Origin: Camelus dromedarius
Taxonomy: Eukaryota
Assembly (NCBI RefSeq): GCF_036321535.1
Contig: NC_087436.1
Location: forward strand, 23,562,001-23,626,000
Length of the DNA stretch: 64,000 nucleotides
Direction: 5' to 3'
Each line of letters starts with the position of its first letter. Position 1 is the first letter of the stretch. The translations under genes were made by a program, and so were the position numbers. Shown in pieces: positions 26,620 through 38,940 of the stretch. The notes beneath the pieces are model-generated. The model did not search any database and was not told the origin of the DNA. It worked only from the letters and a program-made list of their open reading frames with translations.

Positions 26620-29060
26620 TCATAATTTACTAAGATTTTTAAAAATCTTATATATTTAATTTTATCCCAACATATTTTTTGCACCTGTTGAGAATGACTT
26701 CTCTTTCAATCTGACAGTGCTAATTACACTCATATATTTTATGATGTTGCAACATCCTTGCATAATGGAAAAATTCTATTTAATTAGGATGTATCATTTT
26801 TATCAATAATAGATATAGGTATGTTGAATTCAATTTGTTCTTATTTTACTTAGGATTTTCCTATGTTCATAAATGAAATATAATTGTTTCATGATTCTCT
26901 CATGCTATCCCTTTCTAGTTTTAATTTCAAAGTTATACTAGCTTTATAAAATGAATTAGGTGGTTTTTTCACTTTTTCAATTATCTGAAATATTTTTATA
27001 ATATTAGGATTATCTGTTTTAATTCCTATAAAACTGTCTGGGTCCAAGATGTTTGGAGGTTAGGAGGTTAAGGAGGATATAGAGAATATTTTACTTGCAG
27101 ATGGTTGCAGGTTTATTGTTGTTAGGTTTATTTTTCTCTTGAATCAATTTTGAGGATGTCATTTCTTTCCTATTTGCTCTCAGATCATTTGTCTGTCTTC
27201 CTGCTGCAAACTACATTTCTGAGATCCCCTATCCAATTAGCTAGTTTTGGTCAATGGTGAACACTAGCAGAGGACTATTGGGCAGGAGGGAGGGAGAAGC
27301 CATGCCATTTCTCCCATCCTCTCTCTGCCTCCAGCAATGGCTGTCTCCTCTGGGGTTCCAGCTCCCACTAAACAGCTTTTCCCCATGATCCAGCTCCCTC
27401 TCGGCGCCCTGTCACAAATCTAGCTCCCACTGGTAACTGGTTCTTAACCCTCAGTGATGCCAACTCCCGCCTTGATCCCTCCAGCCCTAGTGGTGGTAAC
27501 AGTTTCCTGATGGTACTAATCTCAGTGTTGCCTCACCACCTGCTGCTTAACTTTGAAGTTCTCCTTTTGAAGCAGATCTCCTGTATTAAATCCCTTTTAT
27601 TGGACTACCTGGAGAGGCTCTGTTTTCATGACTGAACTCTGACTAGTCCAGATAGTTTATATTTTTCTGAAAAACCACCTACTTCACTTAGGTTTTTAAG
27701 TTTATTGACATACATATGAAAAATTATTGGCATAATATTTAATTAGGATGCTTAGAATCTCTGCCATATCCATAGTTATGTCCTCTTTTTCATCCCAACT
27801 ATTGTTTATTTGTGTCTTCTCTCCCTCTCTCTCTCTCCCCTTCTCACTTCAGTCTTGCTGAAGGTCTGAAAAATATATCCAATTTACATTTGAGCTAAAA
27901 AAAGGAAAAGGCTACTATCTATTTTATACTGGCTCAATGTACAAGTTACCACTGGAAAGATAAAAAAGAAAATAATATTGGTTGTCTGTAGAAGGGAAAT
28001 TGGGTGGTCAGGCAAAAGAAATGGAAAGAAAGCTTTTAATTATATACCAGTTCATACATTTAAAGTTTTGAACTATATGAATGATTCACTCACTTAGTCA
28101 AAGAATTAGATTTAAAATAGTTTAAAAGAGCAGATTTTTTATTTGCTTACCTTATTTCTGTTTTCTATTTTATTATTTTCTGCACTATTATTATTATTAT
28201 TTTCTCCCTTTCATTCTATCCAGGTTTACTCTGTTCTTCTAGCTCACTTATTTTCAGTTTTCATATCTTTTTAATAAACAAATTCAAGGCTACAATTTAT
28301 CTTTAAAATACCATTTTGCCTATCTCATTTTTTGATGGGTGATAATTTCATTATGTTTATTTCTGAAAATTTTATTATTTCCACTATGATTCCCTGCTTA
28401 ATCAATGGATTACTTACGTGTATCTTTAGTATTACAAACATATGTGCCTTTTAGGTTTTCTTTTTATTGTTGGTTTCTAATTTGGTACCATGGTTCTAAT
28501 GGTACCATGACAAGAGATAGTGGTCTATTTGGCAACTTTACTTTGAAATTTATAACCTTGTTTGAATGATCCATTTTTTACAAGTTCTACTAGTGCTTGA
28601 AATGAAAACGTATATCCTGTTAGTGGAATATAACATATGTGTGTATGCACATACCTTAACTCAAACTTGATAACTTTATTTTAAAATTTTTATTGTCTTG
28701 TAATCTTTTTCTGATTGATTGATTGTTTTTAATATAAGTGTGTTCAAATAACCCATCATATTTTGCAAAATTATCTTTGTAATTGTCAGTTTTTGCTTTA
28801 CTGATATCAGGACCATGTTGTTAGTTGCCTAGAAGTTCATGATAATTTTGTATTCTTGGTGGATTGATACATATATTATGTAGTACCCCATTTTTTTACC
28901 TTTACTAATGCTTATATTCTAATGTTTCTTATATTATTAAGTCCCTACTATCTGGTGTGTGTGTGTGTATTTGCCTGCTGTATCTAGTTCCATTCTTTGT
29001 TTTCAGATTTTCAGAATCTTTTTAAGTGATGTGTCTTGAAAGAAGTAAAGAACTTAACTT
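26620..29060 (-). mobile_element. Old L1 ORF2, antisense, with an LTR insertion at ~27170-27650
   Basis: aaagttatactagctttataaaatgaattagg; caaggctacaatttatctttaaaatacc; LTR end tcctgtattaaatccc...tctgttttcatgactgaactctgactagtcca. Confidence 0.7.
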
Positions 29061-29079
29061 TTAAAAAATATAGTATAAT

Positions 29080-31020
29080 GAATGAAAGAGATAAAACTAT
29101 CTCTAGTTTCAAGTAACATGATTGTACACCTAGAAAATTTGTGGGAATCTACCATCACCACCACCACCAACAATAAAAACTCTCCTAGAACCCACAAGTG
29201 AGTTCAGCAGGTTCACAGGACATAAGATCAACATGCCAAAATCAACTGCCTTTCTATATACTAACAGCAAACAAGTAGAAACCAAATTTTTTTTAAAAAT
29301 GCAATACCATTTACAATTGCTCCAAAGAATATTAAATATTCAGTATAAATCTGACAAAAACGTATAGAATCTGTATGATGAAAATTACAAGAAGCTGATA
29401 AAAGAGGTCAAAGGTGATCTGAATAAATGAAGAGACTTACTGTGTTCATGGATTGAAAGACTCAACATAAAGATGTCAGTTTTCCCAAATTGATATACAA
29501 GTTTAATGCAATTCCTATGAAAATATCATCAAGATTTTTTGTAGACATTGTTAAGATTAAACTAAAATGTATGTGAAATGGCAAGGGACTAGAATAGCTA
29601 AAAGAATGTTGAAAAAGAAGAGTAGAGCAGGCAGAGTCAGTGCCCCTGATTTGAAGACTTCTGTAGCTACAGTGATGGAGACTGTGGCGTAGGTGGAGGG
29701 ATAGACACGTAGATCAGTGGAACAGAACAGAGAACCCAGAAAGGGACTCGCACAAATATGCTCAACTTATCTTTGACAAAGGAGAAAAACAACTCAGCGA
29801 AGGAAGGATAGCCTTTCCAATAAATGGGTTGAACCAACTGGTCACCCACAGGGAAGGAAAAAAGAAAACAACCAAACAAAATAAAACAAGAAAGCAAAAC
29901 CCACCTAAACCTAACACTGTACACAGAAATTTACTAAATTAACTCAAAATGAATCACAGACTTAAATGTAAAATGCAAAACTATAAAAGTTTAGAACAAA
30001 ATGTAAGTGAAAAATCTGTGGGACCTAGAGCTAGGCAGAGTTCTTAAATTTGATACCAAAAGCTTATGTCCATAAAAGGAAAAGATAACAATTTGGACTT
30101 TATCAAAATAAAAAATTTTGGTTCTGGGAAAGACTCTCTTAAAAGGATGAAAAGATAAATTACAACCTGGGAGAAAATATTTGCAAAACACATATAGGCC
30201 AAGGGATTTGTGTCTACAAAATGTAAAGGGCTCTCAAAGCACAATAGTAAATAAACAACCAAATTAGAAAAATTTGCCAAAGACATGAACCAGTACTCTA
30301 TCAAGGAGAACAGACATATGGCAAGTAAGCACATAAAATGGTGTTCAACTTCATTAGCCCTTAAGGAAATGTAAATGAAAACCACAATTGAGATATCACT
30401 ACACACCTATCAGTATGGCTAAAATTACAAACAGTGACTACACTAAATGCTGGCAAGAATGCAGAGAAACTGGTTCACTCATACAATGCTGGTAGGAATG
30501 TTAAATGGTACAGACGCTCTGGAAAATAGTTTGGCAGTTTCTTTTCAAAGTAAACATGTACTTACCATATGATTCAGTAACTGCACTGCTGGGCATTTAC
30601 CACAGAGAAATTAAAACTTACATTCATGCAGAAACTTGTACATGAATGTTCACAGCAGCTTTATTCATAATAGCCGCTGGAAACTATCCAGTTTTCCTTC
30701 AGTGGTTGAATGGATAAGCAAACTGTGGTATATCCATGGCAGAGAAAGTACTCAGCAATAGAAGGAATGAAATATTGATAAATGCAACAACTTGGGTGAA
30801 ACTCATGGGAATGATGATGAGTGAAAAAAAGTTACATATTGAATGATTGTATTTACATAACAATCTTGAAATAACAAAATTATAGAGATGGGAAAAAGAT
30901 TAGTGGTTGCCAGGGGTTAAGGATGGGGGTGGGAGGGTGTGGCTTTAAAGGGGTAGCAGGAAGAAGCCTTTCAGTTGATGGCACAATTTTCCATTTTGAT
31001 TGTAGTGGTAGTTACAGGAA
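29080..31020 (+). mobile_element. L1 (L1MB/MC-like) ORF2 3' half and partial 3' UTR, sense, inserted into the older antisense L1
   Basis: aacatgattgtacacctagaaaa; tgttcatggattgaaagactcaacat; gggagaaaatatttgcaaaacacata; gattagtggttgccaggggttaagg; many stops. Confidence 0.9.
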
Positions 31021-31784
31021 GCTATGAGCAGGCTGTTTGTTCAGGAATCTTTTGCACTTTGCAATCAAAAAGGAAAGATAATGACAAAGTGAAAACTTTT
31101 TGAGAATGTTGTTACAACTGAAAAGTTTCTACAGAAGATGCAGAAATTTGTTTTCTTAGACTTAATGATGACATGGAATCTACAGTATTGATCAATAAGA
31201 ATCAGAGTTTAATTTAATACTCATACAGTACATGGACAATAAAAATGATTCCTGCTGTTTCAGTATGTAAAATGATGGAGATCATCTGTGTTGATATATT
31301 AAAAAAAATCATTCAACTTTTAAGAAATATGTAGACATTTGGCCTTTTATCGAGATTTCCTGTAATGTTGATTGGAAAATCATTCTGATAGCAATCCGTC
31401 TAAAATTTTATAAGGTAAAAGATTTAAGATTGCTAAATGTTTTCCCTTTGACTTACTCTGGAGTACCATTAGGAAAAAATGTAATTCTAAAATAATTGTT
31501 CTCTAGTTAAAGAAGAAGTTGGTAAGGACTTCTTATTTCAAGTCTTTTCTTGAAATATCAGTTTTTATAAATATCCATCTGTTTGGGTTGTAATTTCCCT
31601 TATCATCATGGTTACATAAACACACGTCTCAGTTTTTAAATATGGATTTTTAAATAAGAAATGCAAGCTACAGCTCTTGAATGTTCTCAATATATCATCA
31701 ATTAAAATGATACTAACCTGTTGGAGGCAGATACAAAACTTGGATAATAAAATTTCTTGGCTAATTAAAAAGATACAATAGATT

Positions 31785-33120
31785 AGTAAATTCTTCTAAT
31801 AATTAAATTTCATTTCACAATTATTTATTGTGATTAGTGATGCTTTTGAATATATTTTTACTACTGCTTTTGTTTTGTTTTCTTTTTGCCTTCCTTTCCC
31901 TTTTTATAATTTTCCTTCTTGTTTTCTGCTGAATTGGTAAATTCCTTTATTTCATTTTAAATATTCTTCTACTGATTTTGAAACTATAAATTACAATTCT
32001 AGCTTTGTTCTTGTTTTCCTTATATTTTTAACTATGTAAATATAAATTTTCATTAAAAGTTTTAAGTTATTCTTTACCACAATTCTCCTAAACACACAGA
32101 AGTTCTTGGTATGATTCAGCCAAGTTATGGAACAACTCCTGATATTACTGTTACAGACAGTTTTAGTTTTTCCTCTTTTTTTTTAAGTAAAACAGTGAAT
32201 TGTTACAGTCAGTGGTCAATTAAACTATATCCACTTATTTTGTCAACTTCTTGTTTATTTGTGATTTCTTTCATACAGTGTCTTCCTGGCCCACCTGGTT
32301 TAAATCTCCATTCTTAATAGCAGGGCGATCTTAATCTTTTTGAACCTGTTTCCTCACTGTAAAATAAAGTTAAAAATGTGTCCTCCTCATAGAGTTCTCG
32401 GGAGGATTAAAAGTAGTTGATGCATGTAAAGTGTTAGCCATTGTTATAATGATTATTATTAGGCTCTTTTCTTTATATTCAAGTTAACCCTTTAATGGAG
32501 GGGTAAACTTTTCAAGGCTGAAAGATCCTTATTCTGTCTTTTTTTTCAATGATAATTTAGTTTTGGCATGAGAATCTAGCTAGATGGAAAATTCTTTTCC
32601 CTCCACTGTTTGGATAATTATTTCATTGATCAATGCTGATGAGAAGAGGCCAGCCCAGCTGTAACTCTTCTCTCAGTGACCAGTCTTTTTCCTCTGGTAG
32701 CTTTTAGGATTGTTCTATTTGTCCTTGACGTTTTACCATTTCCCTACAATGTAGGTTTATTTTTATTTATGTTGTGAACTTTTCGTTTGCAGGCTTGTCT
32801 TCAACTCTGGAAATTTCTCAGCCTTCTCTCTTCAAATGTTGTTCTTCTGTCTTTCTCTTTCATCTGTTTTCCCCTGAAACTCCTAAATATTTGTTTAGGA
32901 GCCTCTCTGTCAATTATTCACGACTCTTGGCTTCCCTTAAGTAGTTTTTGTCTCCAAGTGCTGCATTCTGTGTGAATTCCGCAGCACTATTTTCCAATTC
33001 TATCTTTGGCTGATCTCAATCTAGACTTTAATCCATATATTGAGATTTTTAATTTCAAAGAGTGCATTTTTTTCAAAATTCCTAATCAGTTCTTTTTCAT
33101 ATCTACTTGTTCTTGAAGAT
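31785..33120 (-). mobile_element. Continuation of the old antisense L1, with a MIR at ~32320-32460
   Basis: T-rich antisense ORF2/ORF1 strings (tcttcaactctggaaatttctcagcc); MIR gaacctgtttcctcactgtaaaataa. Confidence 0.65.
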
Positions 33121-35089
33121 GCTCATTTTTGTTGTTGTTGTTGTTGGTTTCTATAAATAACTACTCAATTGTAGAAATATCCACAGTCATGCACTGAGGT
33201 TAAGGAAAATTCAGGACCTTAACCGGCTAAATTTTCAAGAGGATAAGTGCTTTAAATTCATTCTGTCTTATTTAGTTGTAATTTTCATAAATCAAGTGCC
33301 TATTGTATGTAGGCAGTGACAAGGATTCTTAAAATGTCTTTTCTTCTACTTAGCTCCCTATGTCATTAAGCTTAGGGAATCAAAAATTTATCTGCATCAA
33401 AAATACTCCCACTGCACACACCTTCCCAGAAAAATCAAACTGAATGGTAACTGGCATGCAAAAATACAGTCCCTTATTTTACTGATTCCTTATTTTGTTT
33501 CAGGCAGTGCAATGGGCCCAGGTTAATTTGCCCAGCTCACAGAGGACAGTAACTAGGAGCTCCGTGGATTCAGAACTCTACCAGCTTAGCCACGATCCTG
33601 ACAACCTATCTCCAGCCTCCCTTCAGAAAGCACCACGGACTGATTCTTCTACACAAAGGTGCCTAACTCTCAGAGAATCAGAGGGAATATTATGGAACAT
33701 TTTTTCTGGCCAAGAGGATGCTAGCATCAAAGCATTAATCAATGGCCCCTTTCAATCTGCAAAATATAGCCAGTTGTCCAGGGTGAGCTTTATTGTTTCC
33801 CAAGGGTGAAATGGTTTTAAGCTAGCACATTTTATTAATTCTGTTTCATTAGAAGCTCAGACTGAAAGTGTCCCTTTTATCTCAAAGGACTCTAAAGTCC
33901 TCAAAAAGTTATGTGCTGGATGATAACTCCTAATGCAAAGACCTGCTTCCTCTGACGTGCTAGTCTGGACTGATTCTCAAATCTAATACTGATTCTAACT
34001 AAACATGCTGTGGAGTTGGTTAGAGTCAGTGAACAGGAGCAAGGAAATCTTCAGTTTTCACCTTTTTGTACATGGTATTGGATATATTAGCATTTGCATT
34101 TTCAATAGGTCATTAAGTCCAATGTTTTTCAAGGAAATGAATGCAGCCATTATGCATCTTTATACTTAAAAAAAGATGGATGCATATTATTACTTTAACC
34201 CTTATTATTACCTCGTTGTATGGCTATAGCAGTGTTTACGACATGAAATACAAGAGCCCCTGTGCTCATCTGTTCCTTAATAAATCCCTGTATCCTCACA
34301 TTTAGTTCCATGTACCAAGTAGGATAGGTTTCTTGTTGATGAGTTTTTTTTATGTACAATTGTAGAATTTTAGAGTTGAAAGAGGCTATAGACATTAGTC
34401 TTCTGGTATAGATAGATCAGGTAACAAAGTACCAGTAAAGTCAAGATCAAATAGTTAATTAGTATCAGGTCTAGAATTAGAATTTATGGTTCCCACCTCC
34501 TGGTCTAATGCCCATGAAGGCAGAAGAGCCTATAAATAAATACAAATATTTGGTGCATTCAGGAACCACCTGAGATATCCCTTATGCTTTGTAGTGAGTC
34601 TATTAGTAGTATGAAAATTGTTACTTCTGACATGTTACAAACAAAATCAACAATCTCCTGGACCCATTATGAGGCTCTTAAGAATTTTTTTGAGGGCTTT
34701 GAAAGGCAAAGGAATATAGCCAAAGAAGCTCTCTGCAAATGGGCAGCTTTCCCAGATAGCCCCAGAAGGAAAAAAGAATGAACAAATTAGTGAATCAGAG
34801 TTCTTTTAATAGTTCTATTATGATGTGTAGTTGTTAGTGTAAGACCCTATGACCTCATCACAAGGTTTCAGTGTGCTGGTTGAAAATCTTGGCTAAACAT
34901 GGCTTTTTTATTCACTAAAATTAAAAAAAAAAAAAAGCTCTTTTCCCTTAAATGAAGAGACACCTACAAAACTCCGAAGTTCATCATACGTGCAAAACCA
35001 TACTCAAAATCAGAGATTTTAGAAGCCCGCCCTCACCATAATGTTTAGTGTGTATCCGGCAGTCTCATGTCATCCAGCTAGTAAACCAG

Positions 35090-35910
35090 TGCGATAGAGC
35101 TTATCTTCGATATTGCCTCCATTTTATAAACAAAGAAACAGATTTAGACAAGTTTTTGACTTGCCAGAGGTCGTGTAGCCAGTAACAGCAGGGCTGGGAT
35201 TTGTACCCAAGACTCTCCAACTGCAGAATTTAGCTCCAAATCACTATAAACTCCATTTTGTCACAGGTGGAAGTGAGTTTAAGAAAGAAGATACTGCTAT
35301 AGCCCCAGGGCCTAGAACTGTGCCTGACACCTAATGATACTTAGTAAATAACTGTTGGATCCATAAGTGAATGCATTCAGCAGGGTGAAAAGGACGGCCA
35401 GCATCTCCAAATCGGTTTGCAAAGTTCCTACCAAATTTAGGAGGTATGTATGACCCAAGAAAGGTTTTCAATCAAGTCTTTGCTGTTACTTTGTTAGTCT
35501 CTACCAAACTGCTTCAAAGGTGTCACCTGCAAGGGAGTCCCCTGAACTTTCCACTAACTTCTCTGTTATGCTGTTTAGTTGTAAACTGGTGAAGACACTA
35601 CAGAGTAGGAAATATTTTTATCCCTGGAAAATAAATTCAGAGAATAAGTCTTTTTTAATCCCTACTGTTCTTCAGTGTCTTTTAATGAATTTTCAAGAAG
35701 TGCATTCTGAATAGCTAAGCATGGCCTCTGGAGTTGGCCTGGGCTGTAAGCTAGGCTCCATCCCTTATCAGCTGTGTGACATTAGTAAGGTTACCTCTGC
35801 CTGTTTCCTTATTCAGAAATTGCTGGTTTGTTGCTAACAAAATGAGTTAATTTAGATCAGAAGCATAGCATCGTACCCAATACCTGATCAATAAATGTTA
35901 AGTATTATTA
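35090..35910. mobile_element. MIR (~35100-35240), L2 tail (~35300-35380) and MIR (~35715-35910)
   Basis: ccattttataaacaaagaaacaga...gacttgccagaggtc; gcctagaactgtgcctgacac; ggctccatcccttatcagctgtgtgac...tcaataaatgttaagtattatt. Confidence 0.7.
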
Positions 35911-35949
35911 CATCAAAAATATCCTGTTTTCTTCAATGCGTGGAAAGCT

Positions 35950-37430
35950 CATTTATTCATTCAACAGCAAACAGGTATTGAATGCCCACCATGTGCCCGC
36001 CTCTGCTCCACGTGCAGAAGACAGAGAACAACGTAATTGTCTGCTTTTATGGGCCTCACTTCCCAGAACAGAAGAGGACTTGGAAAATAAAATAAGATGC
36101 ACTATATGCCTGGTGGTGAAACATGGCTCAAAAAGAGAGGTAAGATAGTGGAGGAGGATTATTTCACACAGGGTGGAGGGGAGGTCTCTGAGGGACACAT
36201 CTGATGGGAGTGACGGAGATCTGGGAAAAGAGCATTTCAACAGAGGGAATTTCTGGCCTCTTAGAAGAAGAAGGAGAAAAGGCAAGGAGGCCAGAAAGCA
36301 GAGTGAACGAGGAGTAGTAGGAGACAGAGCCAATGAGGTAGGAGCAACCAGACCCTGCAGGGGCTGGCAGGCCATGGTGAGGATTTTGGATTTCACCTCA
36401 AATGAGATGGGAACCGTTCGTGAGTTTTGAGCAGAGGATGGACATGATCTAACATGTTTGAGAAGGGACAGTCTGGCTGCTGTATGGATAGTTGACTGGA
36501 AAGGGGCAGGAGTGGAAGTTAGGTCGTTATCACCTTGGTCCAGGTGAGGATGGTGGAGGTTTAGAGCATGATAATAGCAGGGGGCAAAATAAGTTGAGGC
36601 CAGATTCTAGGTAGTGTAAACATAGAGCTGACGTGGTTTGCTGTGAGTTGGATCTTAGGTGTGAGAGAAAGAGCACAGTCAAGGATGACCCCAAAGTTTT
36701 TATACCAAGGCATTGGTGGACTCATTTTGCCATTTTTTTGTTGTTGTTGTTGTTATGGGGACACTGAAGAGGAAGCATATATTAGTCGGGATTTTCTAGA
36801 GAAACAGAACCAATAGGATGTGTGTATATATACACACACATATATAAACTTATATACATGTATATATACACATAAACATACATATACATACAGAAATTTA
36901 CTATTGGGAGTTGGCCCATGTGATTGTGGAGGCTGACAAGTCCCAAGATCTGCAAGGTGGGTCCGCAAGCTACAGACCCAGGAGAGCTGATGCTGCCGTT
37001 CCAGTCCTAGTCCAAGGACATGCCAGGGTGTTTCAGTTCTTGTGTGAAGACAGGAGACATCCAGTGTCCCTGTTTAAAGGTGGCCAGGCAGGAGGTATTC
37101 TCTCTTACTTGCAGGAGGGCCAGCCTTTTTGTTCTACTCAGGCCTTCAACTGATCGACTGAGGTCCACTCGCATAAGGGAGGGAAGTCTGCTTCACTGCC
37201 TATTGATTTAAATGTTAATCTCATCCAAACACACTGTCAAGAAACACCCTGAATAATATGTGACCAAATATCTGGGCACCCTATGGTCCTGTCAGGTTGA
37301 TGCAGAAAATGAACCACCATGGAGGAAGAGCAGATGTGGAGAGGAAATCCAGAGTTCTGCTTTGGACATATTAAGCTGGAGATATTTATTAGACCTCAAA
37401 GGAGAGATGTTGTTAAGCAGCTGGGTGTAG
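35950..37430 (-). mobile_element. L2 3' portion, split by the MLT2 LTR
   Basis: catttattcattcaacagcaaacaggtattgaatgcccaccatgtgcc; gagttctgctttggacatattaagctggagat. Confidence 0.8.
36778..37321 (-). mobile_element. MLT2 (ERVL) solo LTR
   Basis: tattagtcgggattttctagagaaacagaaccaatagga...gagttggcccatgtgattgtggaggctgacaagtcccaagatctgc...gaccaaatatctgggcacc...aaaatgaaccacca. Confidence 0.9.
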
Positions 37431-38354
37431 AGACCACTGTCCTTGAAATACATTATTTTTCTGTTCTCTTGTATATCCCATATGCAATCCTGATATGAAA
37501 TTCCTTGTATTAACAGTGACTTTAATTGGTCCTGCCCTAGTTATTTAGATTAAATACCAGTTCACTAACACTGATTTGCTACATCAGAAAACTTATTTCT
37601 TAAGACATCATGGCTTCTCACTTTCCTGAACCCCTTCACCTTTTTTGTTTCATTTTTCTGGATGCCCCCTCTTCATCTGTCCATCTAGAAAATACCTTTT
37701 AAAGATTCATGAGATGGTTTCACCTCCTCCTTGAATCTTTTCCTGAATCATTTCAGCAAACTTCAGACTAGAGACATTCCCATTTTTCGTTCTCTTCAGA
37801 TTCTCCCTCCTTTCCTTTCTTTATTTTTCTTTCTTTCTAGAAAATACAGTTTTCCTTTTCTTTCTATATATATATGTATACACACACACACACACAATTA
37901 AAGCAATAAAGAAAAGAATACATGATAGTAGAAAGCACCTAAAATCCCAGAGTAATGATGAATAACCAGTTTTCTAGAGTTTGCTAGATTTATATACACA
38001 AAATTTTGTAATTTTATAACATAAGGGCATTTTTGTAACTTATTTTTATAAACTGCTTTTTAAAATCAATAATATGTCATAAATATTTTTTAATGACAAT
38101 CCCTATACCTGAATATGACTCATTTTTAACACTTGCTTATTTTAGTGTATGAATATAATATACTTTATTTATCCTGTCCCCTAATAGTGGTTTTCTGTTT
38201 GTTTTCTTTTTTCTTTTTGTGCTATGATAAGCAATGCAATAATTCATGCATAGCTTACATGAATCCTTTAAATTATTGCATATAATTCATTATTTGGATA
38301 TAATGTAATTTATTTAACCAGTCCCTAACTGATGTATATTTCAAGTATAAAATA

Positions 38355-38370
38355 CACACACATACACGCA

Positions 38371-38407
<37 letters not shown>

Positions 38408-38500
38408 ACAGCTGAAAGAATGGAGGGAGGGAAGGAAGGAAGGAAACAAGGAGGGAAGGAAATAAGGAAGGGAGGAAGGAAGGAAAATGAAAGAAAAGGG
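38355..38500 (+). repeat. (CA)n/(CG) tract followed by GGAA-rich low-complexity sequence
   Basis: Read directly. Confidence 0.9.
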
Positions 38501-38940
38501 AGAATTATTGGCTTACATAATTGAAACTTCTAGGGCATCTTGGCTTTAAGCCCAGCTGGATCCAGGACAGAAATGGTGTCACGAGGACTATCTCCATTTC
38601 TTGGCTCTATTTTCCTCTGGGTTGGCTTTATTTTCAAACAGGCTTTGTCATTGTTATATCAAAGCTGGCCCCAGGCAGCTCCAAGCTTTTATGGTCCTTA
38701 ACTTCCAGGATTTCTGGAGGAGAAAATATTCCTTTTCTGTATTTCCAGCAAAATTCCCAGAGAGAGCTTTAATTGAACCAGTCTAGCTGCACACCCATCT
38801 TTGAATCAATCACTATGGTCAAGAGGAAGGTGACTTGAGTGACTAACCTGCCCCTATAACCAGGAAGTCTCCCCTCCCCGCCGTACAATTCATGGGCTGT
38901 GAACGTGGGTAGGAGGGTTTTGAAAAGCTATGAAGGTGTT
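38495..38940. mobile_element. Old MLT1-type LTR
   Basis: aaaagggagaattattggcttacataattgaaa...ggctttaagcccagctggatccagg...tttgaatcaatcactatggtcaagagg. Confidence 0.65.
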
